This document shows, piece by piece, positions 20,669 through 30,388 of a stretch of 64,000 nt of DNA (positions are counted from its first letter, which is position 1; the number at the start of each line of letters is the position of its first letter). The translations under genes were made by a program, and so were the position numbers. The notes under the pieces are model-generated. The model was not told the origin of the DNA and made no database searches. It saw only the letters and a program-made list of their open reading frames with translations. Origin of the DNA: Acidobacteriota bacterium. Its GTDB lineage: Bacteria; Acidobacteriota; UBA6911. Where the stretch lies: the NCBI GenBank assembly GCA_963664705.1, contig OY761556.1, positions 6,336,001 through 6,400,000 of the forward strand, read 5' to 3'.

Positions 20669-20941
20669 GGCAATCAGATCCAAAAAGAAAAGCCCGGCTG
20701 TAACCGGGCCTCAATGATTCCAACAATGTTAAACATACTATACCACAAAATTACCCTACAATTGTTCATCTGGGCATGGCGAACTGATATTTTCAGGAGG
20801 CAATGCCTGGAAAAATCAGTATCCGCCCTGAAAAGCATTCTCGTCTCTGCGTTCAATCAGGGTTTCTTATCTCCAAAAACTGTTTCGTTAATATTTGAAA
20901 GGCTGCCCTCATTGCGAGAGGCATGAATTGGAATTTCGCAA

Positions 20942-21833
20942 ATGACATCTATCCCAGAGGAACTTATCGAATGCGGTCAATGGGTTTGTTGGAGATTTGA
21001 ACGACGAGAAGGACGCGCGACAAAAATCCCAATCAATCCACAGACAGGACGCCGAGCATCAAGCACGGATCGGGCAACTTGGAGCAATTACGCCATGGCA
21101 GTTGAAGCGCAGAAACGATTTCGGCTAGATGGAATCGGCTTTGTTTTCAGCACTAATGATCCATATGTTGGGGTTGATCTCGATAATTGCCGCAATCCGA
21201 AAACGGGCGAAATTGCGCCCCGAGCCTTGCGAATTGTGCAGCTTCTGAACAGCTTTACGGAGATCTCACCTTCAGGTTGTGGATTGCATGTTTTTGTCAA
21301 AGGGAAGCTGCCTAAAGGAGGTAATAGAAAAGATGGACTCGAATGGTGGTAGGCGGAAAGGGGGTATCGAGATGTACGACCGTACCCGATATTTCACAGT
21401 TACTGCGGATCATCTCGATGGCACGCCAATGTTGATCAACGAGTGCACGGCCGAATTGGAGAGACTCCACACGTTATTCTTCGGCAAGCCCAAAACGAAT
21501 CAGTGTACAAATTCACAATTTAGACAGCTCCGTCCAATCCGTATCTGCGATGAGGAGATCCTGAACAGAGCGAGACGAGCAGCAAATGGTTCCAGATTCG
21601 AAAGGCTCTGGCGCGGAGATTGGCGAGACAGTTACCCTTCACAGTCCGAAGCCGACTTGGCGCTCTGCAACATGCTTGCCTTCTGGACCGGAGGAGATTC
21701 GGACCGCGTAGATTCTCTCTTTCGGCGTTCTGGACTTATGAGGCCGAAATGGGATCAGCGACACTTCAATGATGGCTCAACATACGGAGGTGCGACAGTT
21801 GCCAGGGCTTGTACTCGGGGGGTGCGCTCTTGA
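20942..21833 (+). pseudogene. Primase-polymerase (AEP / NrS-1-like N-terminal region), frameshifted
   Basis: 5' part has GVDLD and EISPSGCGLH. 3' part has IEMYDRTRYFTVT and SQSEADLALC...LFRRSGLMRPKWD. The halves are split by a 28-nt duplicated segment at 21317-21372. Confidence 0.8.
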
Positions 21834-23191
21834 GTTCCACCAATACAACTAAATACGCAGAACCGCAGTCTGCTAAAGGACTAAAGTTAAAAAAGGAGAC
21901 TCTGAATTGGATCAAGACTGGCGAGATTCCAGAACGTTTAAGGTCCGTACAAAGGCCGCCAGATGTTTTACTAATAGAGCAACTGATACGAGAGGGATTA
22001 AATAGAGATTCGGTCTTCCAGATTTTATCTGACCCACAAACAGCATACGGATCCACAATCGATAAACTAGCTGATACCGCCGCGCTGGATTACCTGCAGG
22101 ATAAATTTACCCAAGCTGTCAGATGGACGATCCCCAGTATCAGACCAATCAGCGAAATCATGGATCTAAAGGGTTCGCCACCGGGAGCACTGATCGAGGA
22201 CATCCTTTTAGAAGGCGAAACCGTATTGTTTGCCGGCCGCGCAAAAATCGGGAAATCGACTCTCCTTCAACAAATGGCTTGTTCACTAGCGTCTGGCGAC
22301 TCGTTCCTGGGCCATTGCATGCCTATGCCGCGCCGAGTTTTGTACATAGATATGGAAAATCAGCCTCTGCACCTTCGAGAACGATATCGCCAGGTGAGTA
22401 GCACTATTAAAGGAAACGACTGGTATAAACGCTTCGAAATTGCCGCTTTTGACTCACTTGCTGGAAATGTATTCGGACTTGATCAAGGTGGTTTGCGCCG
22501 TCTTACTCTAGCCGTGGAGGCGTTCGATCCAGATCTTGTCATTATAGATAGCTTGCGCCTGTTTGGAGGAGTCGAGCTAAAGGATGAAATTCAAGTCGTT
22601 CAGTTTTTAACTCGCCTAGCGGAACTGCGGCGCATTAAGAAATCGCTATCTACGATCCTTGCTCATCACCTTAGAAAACAGGATCGAAAGGGTAAGGCTG
22701 TGAAACTAAGCCAAAGCCCCACCGAGTGGATCGATGATGTATCAGGTTCACAGGCACTTGTTGCGCATGTTGACTCTATTTGGGGTTTCGAGCTGGAACG
22801 CGAAAACGATCTAGAAACAAATGTATTCGCGCAGGTGCGCCGTAACGGGCGCCAAAATACGTTCTATCTCTCACAAGCCGTCGATGATTCTGGCAATTCC
22901 ATAGTTGGGTTTAATCTACTTTCAAAAAACGATGTAGAAGCCGCTGCAGAAAAGGTTTTTACCCGAAGAGAAATGGAAGTCTGGGGCAACCTTCCCAAAT
23001 CATTTAGGTGGAAGGAACTACTCGCAGCCTGTGGCGGGGATACCAAAAAGAAAATTGCAAGCAGCCTGCTAAACAAGGCAAGGACAAACGTGCTGGTGAA
23101 CGAAATTGATAAGACCTACACAAAGGTGATTCCAGTTGCTTGGGTGGGATGGAGCCCTGACACAAGGCAGGGAGAAACCATTTGTGGATAA
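21809..23191 (+). CDS. AAA_25 / RepA-like SF4 helicase
   Basis: Walker A GRAKIGKS, YIDME, IIDSL and HHLRK motifs; follows the primase. Confidence 0.8.
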   Translation: MYSGGALLSSTNTTKYAEPQSAKGLKLKKETLNWIKTGEIPERLRSVQRPPDVLLIEQLIREGLNRDSVFQILSDPQTAYGSTIDKLADTAALDYLQDKFTQAVRWTIPSIRPISEIMDLKGSPPGALIEDILLEGETVLFAGRAKIGKSTLLQQMACSLASGDSFLGHCMPMPRRVLYIDMENQPLHLRERYRQVSSTIKGNDWYKRFEIAAFDSLAGNVFGLDQGGLRRLTLAVEAFDPDLVIIDSLRLFGGVELKDEIQVVQFLTRLAELRRIKKSLSTILAHHLRKQDRKGKAVKLSQSPTEWIDDVSGSQALVAHVDSIWGFELERENDLETNVFAQVRRNGRQNTFYLSQAVDDSGNSIVGFNLLSKNDVEAAAEKVFTRREMEVWGNLPKSFRWKELLAACGGDTKKKIASSLLNKARTNVLVNEIDKTYTKVIPVAWVGWSPDTRQGETICG

Positions 23192-23335
23192 CTGCTTCTA
23201 ATAAGTTGAAAAGAATTATTTTATTGCTGGTTTCCACATTACAGAAACCAAAGGAAACCAACACTAGAGATATGGTTTCCTGGTTCCCCTTAGTTTCCTG
23301 GTTCTGTCGGTTTCCAATGTTTTGCCTTGGTTTCG
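23174..23335. repeat. Cluster of GAAACCA/TGGTTTC direct and inverted repeats plus a DnaA box; putative replication origin
   Basis: About 10 exact or near copies in 160 bp; TGTGGATAA at 23183-23191. Confidence 0.55.
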
Positions 23336-23458
23336 ATACCTGACCGATCCGCACTTGGTGAAATTGCCCCGTTCGCACACCGGGTACAGAGTTGAGCCGC
23401 GACGTGACAGTCAATTTAAAGAGGCCTTCGTCGGAACTTCACCAAAGAGGAGAATGAC

Positions 23459-24037
23459 ATGCACAGAAGCACCACGAACCAACATCAGAGAACATTGCCC
23501 TTTCCCTTACAAAGCAAATCAGTTGAAGGACTGAAGGCGTTGCCTCCTGTGAAGATCAAAAATAGGCCAGGTAAAACTATGACGGTCGCTGTATTGAGAG
23601 CGCAGACCCGGACATGGCGGCAAGCGATCCGTCAAAACTGCATAGATTGTGCTGGAGGAGTAAGCAATATAGAGAACTGTCAAGGGGATAAACTCCTTGG
23701 CGGCCCATGCCTCTTTTACCCTCACCGTATGAGTAAAAACAAACCATCCGCTCGTTTGATACGGAAGCATTGCCTATGGTGCATGGGCAAAAGCAAAATG
23801 CTTGTCCGGGAATGCCCGAGCAAAAGCTGTCCATTTCTGCCATGGCGTATGAGGCATGTCCCAAAACCAAAATCACAAAACCTATCGGACAAACAGCTGA
23901 AATCTCTGGCTGAAGGCACGAGCGTTTTAAACCGGAGAAAAGGGCCACTTTGTCCAGTGATTTCTCTGCCAGAATCAGCGCAAATCCCTATTGAGTGTAA
24001 AACCATTGGCGCTATTCCGGCGGCTAAAATTCGTTAG
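23459..24037 (+). CDS. Hypothetical protein with two tandem Cys-rich repeats
   Basis: IRQNCIDCAGG...C...CLFYPHR and IRKHCLWCMG...C...CPFLPWR. Confidence 0.55.
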   Translation: MHRSTTNQHQRTLPFPLQSKSVEGLKALPPVKIKNRPGKTMTVAVLRAQTRTWRQAIRQNCIDCAGGVSNIENCQGDKLLGGPCLFYPHRMSKNKPSARLIRKHCLWCMGKSKMLVRECPSKSCPFLPWRMRHVPKPKSQNLSDKQLKSLAEGTSVLNRRKGPLCPVISLPESAQIPIECKTIGAIPAAKIR

Positions 24038-24295
24038 CAATGACTGGAGAAAAACACTTAGTCAGAATCTAATGGCGGCCATCGACAGGAACGCTTAAAG
24101 CATCGTGCTCTCCAATTTCGGGGAATACCAAAACTCAGGGTGAGATGCCCTAATTGATGGTGAGACAAGCTTTATGAAACGGCTTTGGTCTATGAAAGGG
24201 CTATGTCCCGGGTATATGAGCAAAATCGAAATTGTCATCGCAGTACGCTGTCCGAAGGGGAATGATCCTCGATCGGACAACGACCAAGGGCGAAT

Positions 24296-24880
24296 GTGCT
24301 GGCGCCCCTGAGCCATCTATCTCAGCACAATTGGAGATTCAAAATGAACCATAAAAGCAATCAGCCGGCAGAAGAGTCAATCCCAGAAAAAACCAGAACA
24401 CATTCCGAAACGGAAGGAGAAAAAGTGAAAGTTGTTGGAATCGATATCTTTATTGACTGCAATGATAAGTCAGTGAGGAACCTTCTTAACACTCCTTTCT
24501 CGCGTGACCCAGAACGACAGTTAGCAGATATTGTCGATGCCCTTCAACGAGAATGCTTCGATATCCTCTGGTGTACAGAAGGACTGCAATTCCATATCGT
24601 TTTGCCGGAAGGCCAAGTGAAAGAAGCGTGCCGCATCATTCAGACGGCGCTGACAGAGTCGTGGCCCTTCCACAACCATGGGCCTCTCGTCAAATTTGAA
24701 ACGACCTCTGAGGTCAGAGGAATCCCCTCCTGCCAGATGGAGGACTGCGATTTGACTGCCCTGTATCTTTCCGATTTGGAGGGAAAACTTAGCAGACTAG
24801 CTGAACGCCAGAACGCGAAACGCGCGGCTCGGCTAAATCCAAATCTGGGTACTCAGCCGCATACTAACAATATGGTTTAA
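24296..24880 (+). CDS. Hypothetical protein
   Basis: Open frame with RBS-like GGAG before the internal ATG (MNHKS). Confidence 0.45.
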   Translation: MLAPLSHLSQHNWRFKMNHKSNQPAEESIPEKTRTHSETEGEKVKVVGIDIFIDCNDKSVRNLLNTPFSRDPERQLADIVDALQRECFDILWCTEGLQFHIVLPEGQVKEACRIIQTALTESWPFHNHGPLVKFETTSEVRGIPSCQMEDCDLTALYLSDLEGKLSRLAERQNAKRAARLNPNLGTQPHTNNMV

Positions 24881-25061
24881 GGTCGGCGTAGGGCTCTGGC
24901 CCGCAATGTAACATATCGGGAGTTGTCTTGGTTAGATTCAGCCAAAGCGAAATTACATGCGCAGAAGTGAGCAACAGGGGCCGACACGGGGCCGACTTGT
25001 GTGTCGGCAAGGTAATACTTAGATGTGGCAATCTTACGAGCCACGAAACAGGGAGCCCAAA

Positions 25062-25262
25062 GTGGATAAATTGATAACGGTTCAAGAAGTAGCAGAGAAA
25101 CTGCAAGTAAAAGCCAGCTGGGTATACAGTCATCATTCCGAGCTTGGCGGTTTTAAGCTGGGCAAATATTTGCGTTTTTCATGGCCTCGCGTGCTTGAGT
25201 GTCTGGATGAGGCGGCTGGTAAGGTTGGAAGTTTATCCGAGGATTCTTTTCAGCATAATTAG
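25062..25262 (+). CDS. Excisionase-like HTH protein
   Basis: LITVQEVAEKLQVKASWVY...FKLGKYLRF; immediately upstream of the integrase. Confidence 0.75.
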   Translation: MDKLITVQEVAEKLQVKASWVYSHHSELGGFKLGKYLRFSWPRVLECLDEAAGKVGSLSEDSFQHN

Positions 25263-25371
25263 TTTTCACTGCCGCGAACAGAATGCAAATAAAAATGTTG
25301 ACTAGTCCGGAACTCGACGCTACAAATCGAAACGAGAAAGAAGGGCGGGCCTATCATCGGGAGGCCGCAAG

Positions 25372-26550
25372 ATGGTGACTCGTCAATTAGTTCAGGATGG
25401 TTGGGTATCTGATCCCATCCGCACACGGCACGGGACCGTATATAAAATCCGTTACCGTGTCCCGGCCGCGGGAGGAAAGTTCAAACATAAGCAGGAAACA
25501 CTCTATGGTCTTACTGGGAAAAAGGAAGCAAAGGGTGTTCTTAATGAGCGGCTGCAACAAGTCAGCAGCATGAACCTGGAAGCCGTTGGTCTAACATTCA
25601 GGTCTTTCATGGACAATTATTGGAAACCCTATTTGGACAGGAAGCAAACCAAGCCGTCAACGGTGCGTGGTTATCAATCTGTTCTTGATAATCATATCCT
25701 GCCATTTATGGGTGACATGATCTTGACGGAGATCGTTCCACTCAATATTGAGCAGTTGCTTCAGATCAAAGCCAAAGCAAAGTATTCCTCAAGGACAATG
25801 CGGAATATCATTGTTCAATTAAACGGGATTTTTAACTTAGCCGTGGATAATGATCTGATCAGCCGCTCTCCTGTCCGTAAACGGCACAAGCCAGTGTGTC
25901 ATAAAAAGGAAAAGCCAGTTTGGTCAGCGGAGCAACTTCGAAAAATTCTCGATTCAATTCCGATTGAGTTTCAGTGCGTATTTCTTTGTGTGGCCTTAAC
26001 AGGGCTGCGCCTGGGCGAACTACTTGCCCTGCAATGGAAATATGTTGATCTAGTTTCGAAGAGACTCCGTGTAGCACATAGCCTATATAAAAGGCAGTTG
26101 GTTGCTCCAAAAACCGAATCGAGTGCTAGGACTATTGCTTTGGGAGAGGCCCTTAACTCGGCACTAATGGAGCATAGGATGAGTTCTCGTTTCACTGGTC
26201 CCGAGGACTTTGTATTTTGTACACAGGAAGGGGCGTCACTGAATCCGGATGTGCTTCGAAAAGATGTCCTCTATCCCGTGCTGGATCGATTGAACATTCC
26301 ACGGCCAAAAGGTGCAGCGGGATTTCATTGCTTCCGGCACTCGGCTGCAAGCCTTATCAACGCCGAGACAGGGAACCTGAAAATAACTCAGAAGTTTCTT
26401 GGGCATTCAAACGTCAGTACGACAGCTGATATTTACACTCACACGTCCGAGGACATGGAGCGGGAAGCTGCTTCTGCCTTGGAACGATCCATTTTTGGAA
26501 GCTGTTCGCGATCTGTTCGCGATACGGAACCGCGAACAAGAATTCAGTGA
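25372..26550 (+). CDS. Tyrosine recombinase / phage-type integrase
   Basis: Catalytic residues intact: TGLRLGE (R), APKT (K), HCFRH, LGH, IYTH (Y). Confidence 0.95.
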   Translation: MVTRQLVQDGWVSDPIRTRHGTVYKIRYRVPAAGGKFKHKQETLYGLTGKKEAKGVLNERLQQVSSMNLEAVGLTFRSFMDNYWKPYLDRKQTKPSTVRGYQSVLDNHILPFMGDMILTEIVPLNIEQLLQIKAKAKYSSRTMRNIIVQLNGIFNLAVDNDLISRSPVRKRHKPVCHKKEKPVWSAEQLRKILDSIPIEFQCVFLCVALTGLRLGELLALQWKYVDLVSKRLRVAHSLYKRQLVAPKTESSARTIALGEALNSALMEHRMSSRFTGPEDFVFCTQEGASLNPDVLRKDVLYPVLDRLNIPRPKGAAGFHCFRHSAASLINAETGNLKITQKFLGHSNVSTTADIYTHTSEDMEREAASALERSIFGSCSRSVRDTEPRTRIQ

Positions 26551-26633
26551 ATTCACATTTTGTAATGAAAGGCCCAAGGTGCTTCCAACTTGCTCGATTT
26601 TAAGTGTTTATGGGATTTATTTCGGGTGAGTTT

Positions 26634-26683
26634 TGGTAGCGACGGGTGGAATCGAACCACCGACCTTGGGGTTATGAATCCCT
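26634..26683 (-). tRNA. 3' half of tRNA-Met(CAT); att-site duplicate, not an intact tRNA
   Basis: Minus strand reads AGGGATTCATAACCCCAAGGTCGGTGGTTCGATTCCACCCGTCGCTACCA: anticodon loop TTCATAA, T-arm GGTTCGATTCC, CCA end; no D-arm upstream. Confidence 0.85.
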
Positions 26684-26874
26684 AACCTGCCTGAACGTCG
26701 TACTAAACGGTACTAAAACCTCCTATAAATCCTGGATTCGGCGGAATTCTTTTAGGACGGTTTCGGCTCCAGTAGGATCCAGAACCGCCACACAACCGTC
26801 ACACTCGCTGCTTTTGGCTAAAAGCCATCGGCTGCGCCTGTGACAAGTTTGTTCCGACGAATCGAGGATACAAA

Positions 26875-27681
26875 ATGGCATATACATTCACGCTCACTAA
26901 TGCAAAGGGCGGCTGCGGCAAAACCACAACAGCTCTAAACCTAGCAATTTGCTTTGCAAAGGCAGGGTATCGTACCCTTGCCATCGATTTGGATCAACAA
27001 GGAAATTTGAGTTCCGGCCTTGGCGTTGATCTCAACCAATTGAACATGACGGCGCATCGTTTGCTGATCAACGAGGCGCCGGAGATTGGCAAGTATTTGG
27101 TTGAGGTTCGTCCCCAGCTGAAGCTCCTGCCCAATTCCATCGATATCGAAGCCGACGATCTCCTGGAAGCCAAGAAGGTCAACCGTGAGGTTCTCCTTCG
27201 CCGGCAACTAAAGCCGATCAAGGCTGAGTTCGATGTCATCCTGATCGACACTCCGCCGGCAATGCGGGCAGCTACCGTCAATGCCCTGGTTGTTGCTGAC
27301 TCCGTAATTGTCCCGATCGATTCATCCAGCTTCGCTTTGCTGGGAATGACTCAGCTGCTCAAGACCATCGCCGCTATCAGTGAGACACATAATCCCAATC
27401 TGAAGATCCACGTGTTGACAACACTGTTCAACAAGAGACAAAACCTGGACCGCGTCATCAGACAGCAGGTTGAGGAGTTCTTCGGCCAGAGCCTGGTCCT
27501 GGAATCAATTATTCATCGATATGTCGGCGTTGCAGAAGCAACCGCAATGAAGAAAGGAGTAGTAGAAAACACTGCTGCTACATCCGCCACGTTCGACTTC
27601 ACGAAGCTCTTCAACGAACTCAAAGAGGAAATGGATCATGAAAAAGAGAGACATGCAGCAGCTGAAAGCATCAATCGCTAA
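26875..27681 (+). CDS. parA: ParA/Soj family ATPase
   Basis: KGGCGKTTT deviant Walker A, IDLDQQGN and IDTPP motifs. Confidence 0.92.
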   Translation: MAYTFTLTNAKGGCGKTTTALNLAICFAKAGYRTLAIDLDQQGNLSSGLGVDLNQLNMTAHRLLINEAPEIGKYLVEVRPQLKLLPNSIDIEADDLLEAKKVNREVLLRRQLKPIKAEFDVILIDTPPAMRAATVNALVVADSVIVPIDSSSFALLGMTQLLKTIAAISETHNPNLKIHVLTTLFNKRQNLDRVIRQQVEEFFGQSLVLESIIHRYVGVAEATAMKKGVVENTAATSATFDFTKLFNELKEEMDHEKERHAAAESINR

Positions 27682-28849
27682 GGATTTGGTACAAGGCCAG
27701 GGAGACAATTCCGCGACTAGAGACTTATTAAAGCTGTACGTTCCGCTGAATGGAATCGTCAGCAAGCCAGAGCCCGAAATTCGGCACGAAATGCCTGTGG
27801 AAAACTGCCTGGCACCACGTGCCACCGTGGCACAGGACGACATTCCTGCATGGCACGGTGCCACCGTGGCACCTCATGCTACCCTGGCACCACATGCCAC
27901 GGTAGCACGATATGCTAGGGTGGAAGGCGAATTGCGCGTTCCGAATACCATTAGTTTCCGCCTCTTTCCGACACTCGATCCATTCGCAAAAGCCGTCTAT
28001 TATCAGCTCTATTTGGAATCATATGGTTTCCACAGCGATATGTGTCTGGTTAGCCTTCCGACATTGGCGAAATTGGTGCTGATGTCCCAGCGAAAGGTTC
28101 AAAACACAATCAGTTATCTCGAATCGCGTGGATTAGTAAAAAGGCTTGGGTCCAGGCTAGGTGGAAAAGATCGCGGCAATTATTATCAAGTATTTGTTCC
28201 GGAAGATATCGGTCCCATAAATCCAAATATTCCGCCAGACAACTATGATGAAAATGAAACCGACTGCATGGCACCTCGTGCCACCCTGGCACCACGTGCC
28301 AGCCTAGCACTCCATGCCACGGTGGCACGAGGTGCCACCAATCAAAATGATGATGATGATGATATAAAAATAAAAAATAAATCATCATCATCAAAAGGCA
28401 ACGACATTGGCAGCGAGTTTGTGGAAAACCACACTTGCGCGGCTGCGCCGCGAGAGAAAGAAACGGCGAATTTTCTGCTTGTGCGCGACGCGTATGAAAA
28501 AGCCACCGGGAATCGCTGGAATCAATCGGATTCGGAAGCCTACAAGCAAAACTGCATCGCCGATGTGCCGCCGGCCAAAATCGTCTCGGTTTTGGAGACC
28601 GTAGTTCGTCGGACGCCGACAAAGATCAACAGCTTCAAATATTTCGTCAAGGAGATCATCGCTCAGCCGGATCCGCGCAATCGCTCCTGGCAGAAAAAGC
28701 GCCTTGAGAGGATCGTTCACAAAATCCGGGATATTTCGGTTGGGCGCGGCGACTATTCAATGGCCGATTTTGTGGAGGACGTCAAATGCAGCTGCGCTCG
28801 CGAAGGCGTTGTATTCGAAAACGATCTGTTTAACGAATTGGTGAGTTAG
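27638..28849 (+). CDS. Putative HTH replication-initiator protein with internal repeats
   Basis: Winged HTH SLPTLAKLVLMSQRKVQNTISYLESRGLV; downstream of parA; APxATVA repeats. Confidence 0.55.
   Translation: MKKRDMQQLKASIAKDLVQGQGDNSATRDLLKLYVPLNGIVSKPEPEIRHEMPVENCLAPRATVAQDDIPAWHGATVAPHATLAPHATVARYARVEGELRVPNTISFRLFPTLDPFAKAVYYQLYLESYGFHSDMCLVSLPTLAKLVLMSQRKVQNTISYLESRGLVKRLGSRLGGKDRGNYYQVFVPEDIGPINPNIPPDNYDENETDCMAPRATLAPRASLALHATVARGATNQNDDDDDIKIKNKSSSSKGNDIGSEFVENHTCAAAPREKETANFLLVRDAYEKATGNRWNQSDSEAYKQNCIADVPPAKIVSVLETVVRRTPTKINSFKYFVKEIIAQPDPRNRSWQKKRLERIVHKIRDISVGRGDYSMADFVEDVKCSCAREGVVFENDLFNELVS
27810..27916. repeat. 18-bp quasi-palindromic tandem repeats (GGCACCACGTGCCACCGT-like), cluster 1
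   Basis: Several degenerate GGCAC-nn-(G/A)TGCC units; TGTGGAAAA at 27796-27804. Confidence 0.8.
28239..28440 (+). repeat. Origin-like module copy 1: 18-bp repeats, (TGA)n/(TCA)n inverted repeat around an A-rich spacer, DnaA-box match
   Basis: Four units at about 28270-28340; AT-rich core at 28341-28396; TGTGGAAAA at 28420-28428. Confidence 0.75.
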
Positions 28850-29266
28850 TGCTTGCCGGCTAATTTCTGCAAACAAGTTTCATGTCACCATGAACGAGTC
28901 AGCAGCGATTCTTGCGCGAAGGAGGTTTGCGAAAACTTATGCTAACGGGTATACGAATCATCGGCCTCGGGATATGGGTTGCAATTATAAGCATGGCGAT
29001 CTCGGCATTTTTCTTCCGGCATGGCTCGGAGGAGGATGTCACGCTTGTCTTCGTGTCAATCATGGATTTGATTGTGATAATGGTCGCAGCGAAAGCCATC
29101 ATGAAGGTCTTTAGAAAATCCAGCTGAATTTAACGCGATATTGCGGCTCCACAGCCTGCATGACTGACGTGAAATGAGGCTGTTATTTGTTCAGAATGCC
29201 TGAGCGATATCCATTTCCGAGAAATTCTTGCAATGCGACAGGATACTGCCATATGATGACAGGATT

Positions 29267-30328
29267 ATGACCGGTATAAGCAAACCTTCTGCAGTCGCCA
29301 GGCATCGCATTGCATGTGGATGGTCTCAATCGGAATTGGCACGACGTGCTGATATTCCCCGGACCACCGTTAGTGCAATTGAGGGTGAGAGACTCACTCC
29401 TTCCGTAACAACAGCCTTGGCGTTGGCGCGCTCATTGGGATGCTCTGTTGAAGAGCTGTTCGGCACCGGCATAATGGAATCCGTGACTGGCAGCCCGGCC
29501 TGGGCATGGTCTCCTCACATCGACCCGTGCCGCTATTGGGAGGCTGAGGTTGGTGGGCGACGGTTGCTCTTCCCCGTTGAAGGGCTTTCGCTGAATGATA
29601 TACCGCACGATGGAATATGGCAGGGCGGGGCTGAACATGACTCAAGACCAACCATAGCGGAAGAAACGCTAGTCCTGGCGTGCTGCGATCCTGCAGCAGG
29701 ACTTCTCGCTGCAGAGTATGCGAGAGAAAGCGGATTCCGCCTCCTGATAATTGAACGCAGCGGCGGGGCTGCTCTGGAATTGTTGAGACAAGGCCTTATA
29801 CATCTTGCCGGATTGCACCGATCGACTCCTGATCGGCCTCTAAGAAACAAAGAAACCGTTCATGAGCGGCTTGGCCAGGGGTATCGATTGCTTCGGGCTG
29901 CAAGCTGGCAGGAAGGCTTAGCTCTGCCGGTCGCGGAACGATCGAGCTCTTCAGCCACCATCGCGAAGCAATGCCGGCGATGGGCTCTTCGGGAAAAGGG
30001 ATCCGCTGCACGCGAATGTCTTGATGAGATGCTCGAAGGCAAGGCTGCTGCCGGAAAGCCTGTCCATGGCCATAGTGCAGTGGCTGAAGCAGTGCGGGCG
30101 GGTTGGGCAAGCGCCGGGGTTTGCGTGAAATTAACAGCACAAGATGCCGGATTGCATTTCATCCCGGTGCGTACCGAGATGTTGGATATCTGCTACTCCG
30201 ATTCATTGGCACACGATCCGCGGATGCTTGCGCTAATTCGGCTTCTTCGAAGTAAGTCGCATCGCAGGTTTATTAGTGAGCTTCCCGGCTATGATGCAAG
30301 CGGGACGGGCGAGATTGTAGAAGTATGA
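29267..30328 (+). CDS. XRE-HTH plus periplasmic-binding-fold (molybdate-sensor-like) regulator
   Basis: N-terminal WSQSELARRADIPRTTVSAIE; C-terminal ACCDPA, IHLAGLH and LPGYD motifs. Confidence 0.8.
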   Translation: MTGISKPSAVARHRIACGWSQSELARRADIPRTTVSAIEGERLTPSVTTALALARSLGCSVEELFGTGIMESVTGSPAWAWSPHIDPCRYWEAEVGGRRLLFPVEGLSLNDIPHDGIWQGGAEHDSRPTIAEETLVLACCDPAAGLLAAEYARESGFRLLIIERSGGAALELLRQGLIHLAGLHRSTPDRPLRNKETVHERLGQGYRLLRAASWQEGLALPVAERSSSSATIAKQCRRWALREKGSAARECLDEMLEGKAAAGKPVHGHSAVAEAVRAGWASAGVCVKLTAQDAGLHFIPVRTEMLDICYSDSLAHDPRMLALIRLLRSKSHRRFISELPGYDASGTGEIVEV

Positions 30329-30388
30329 GCTGGAAGAATTTCTTCCGCCGACTTTGAGCAGTGATTTAGAGACCAATGAGGTAGGTTC

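Larger units (their letters stand above)
17776..26683. mobile_element. Core of an integrative, satellite-like element (left boundary unresolved; may include the defence island)
   Basis: Integrase beside a tRNA fragment, two excisionase-like genes, primase and helicase; no structural phage genes recognised. Confidence 0.65.

Noticed and set aside
17776-26550. Complete prophage
   Set aside because: No terminase, portal, capsid, tail or lysis genes recognised
26634-26705. Intact tRNA-Met
   Set aside because: A CGACG that could pair with the acceptor stem lies upstream, but only about 13 nt separate it from the anticodon stem and no D-arm can be formed
27810-28340. Palindromic repeats as a CRISPR array
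   Set aside because: The units are 18-bp, degenerate, adjacent and in frame inside a CDS, with no unique spacers and no cas genes
28912-29127. Small two-helix membrane protein
   Set aside because: Plausible, but short, with no clear RBS or family motif; not supportable
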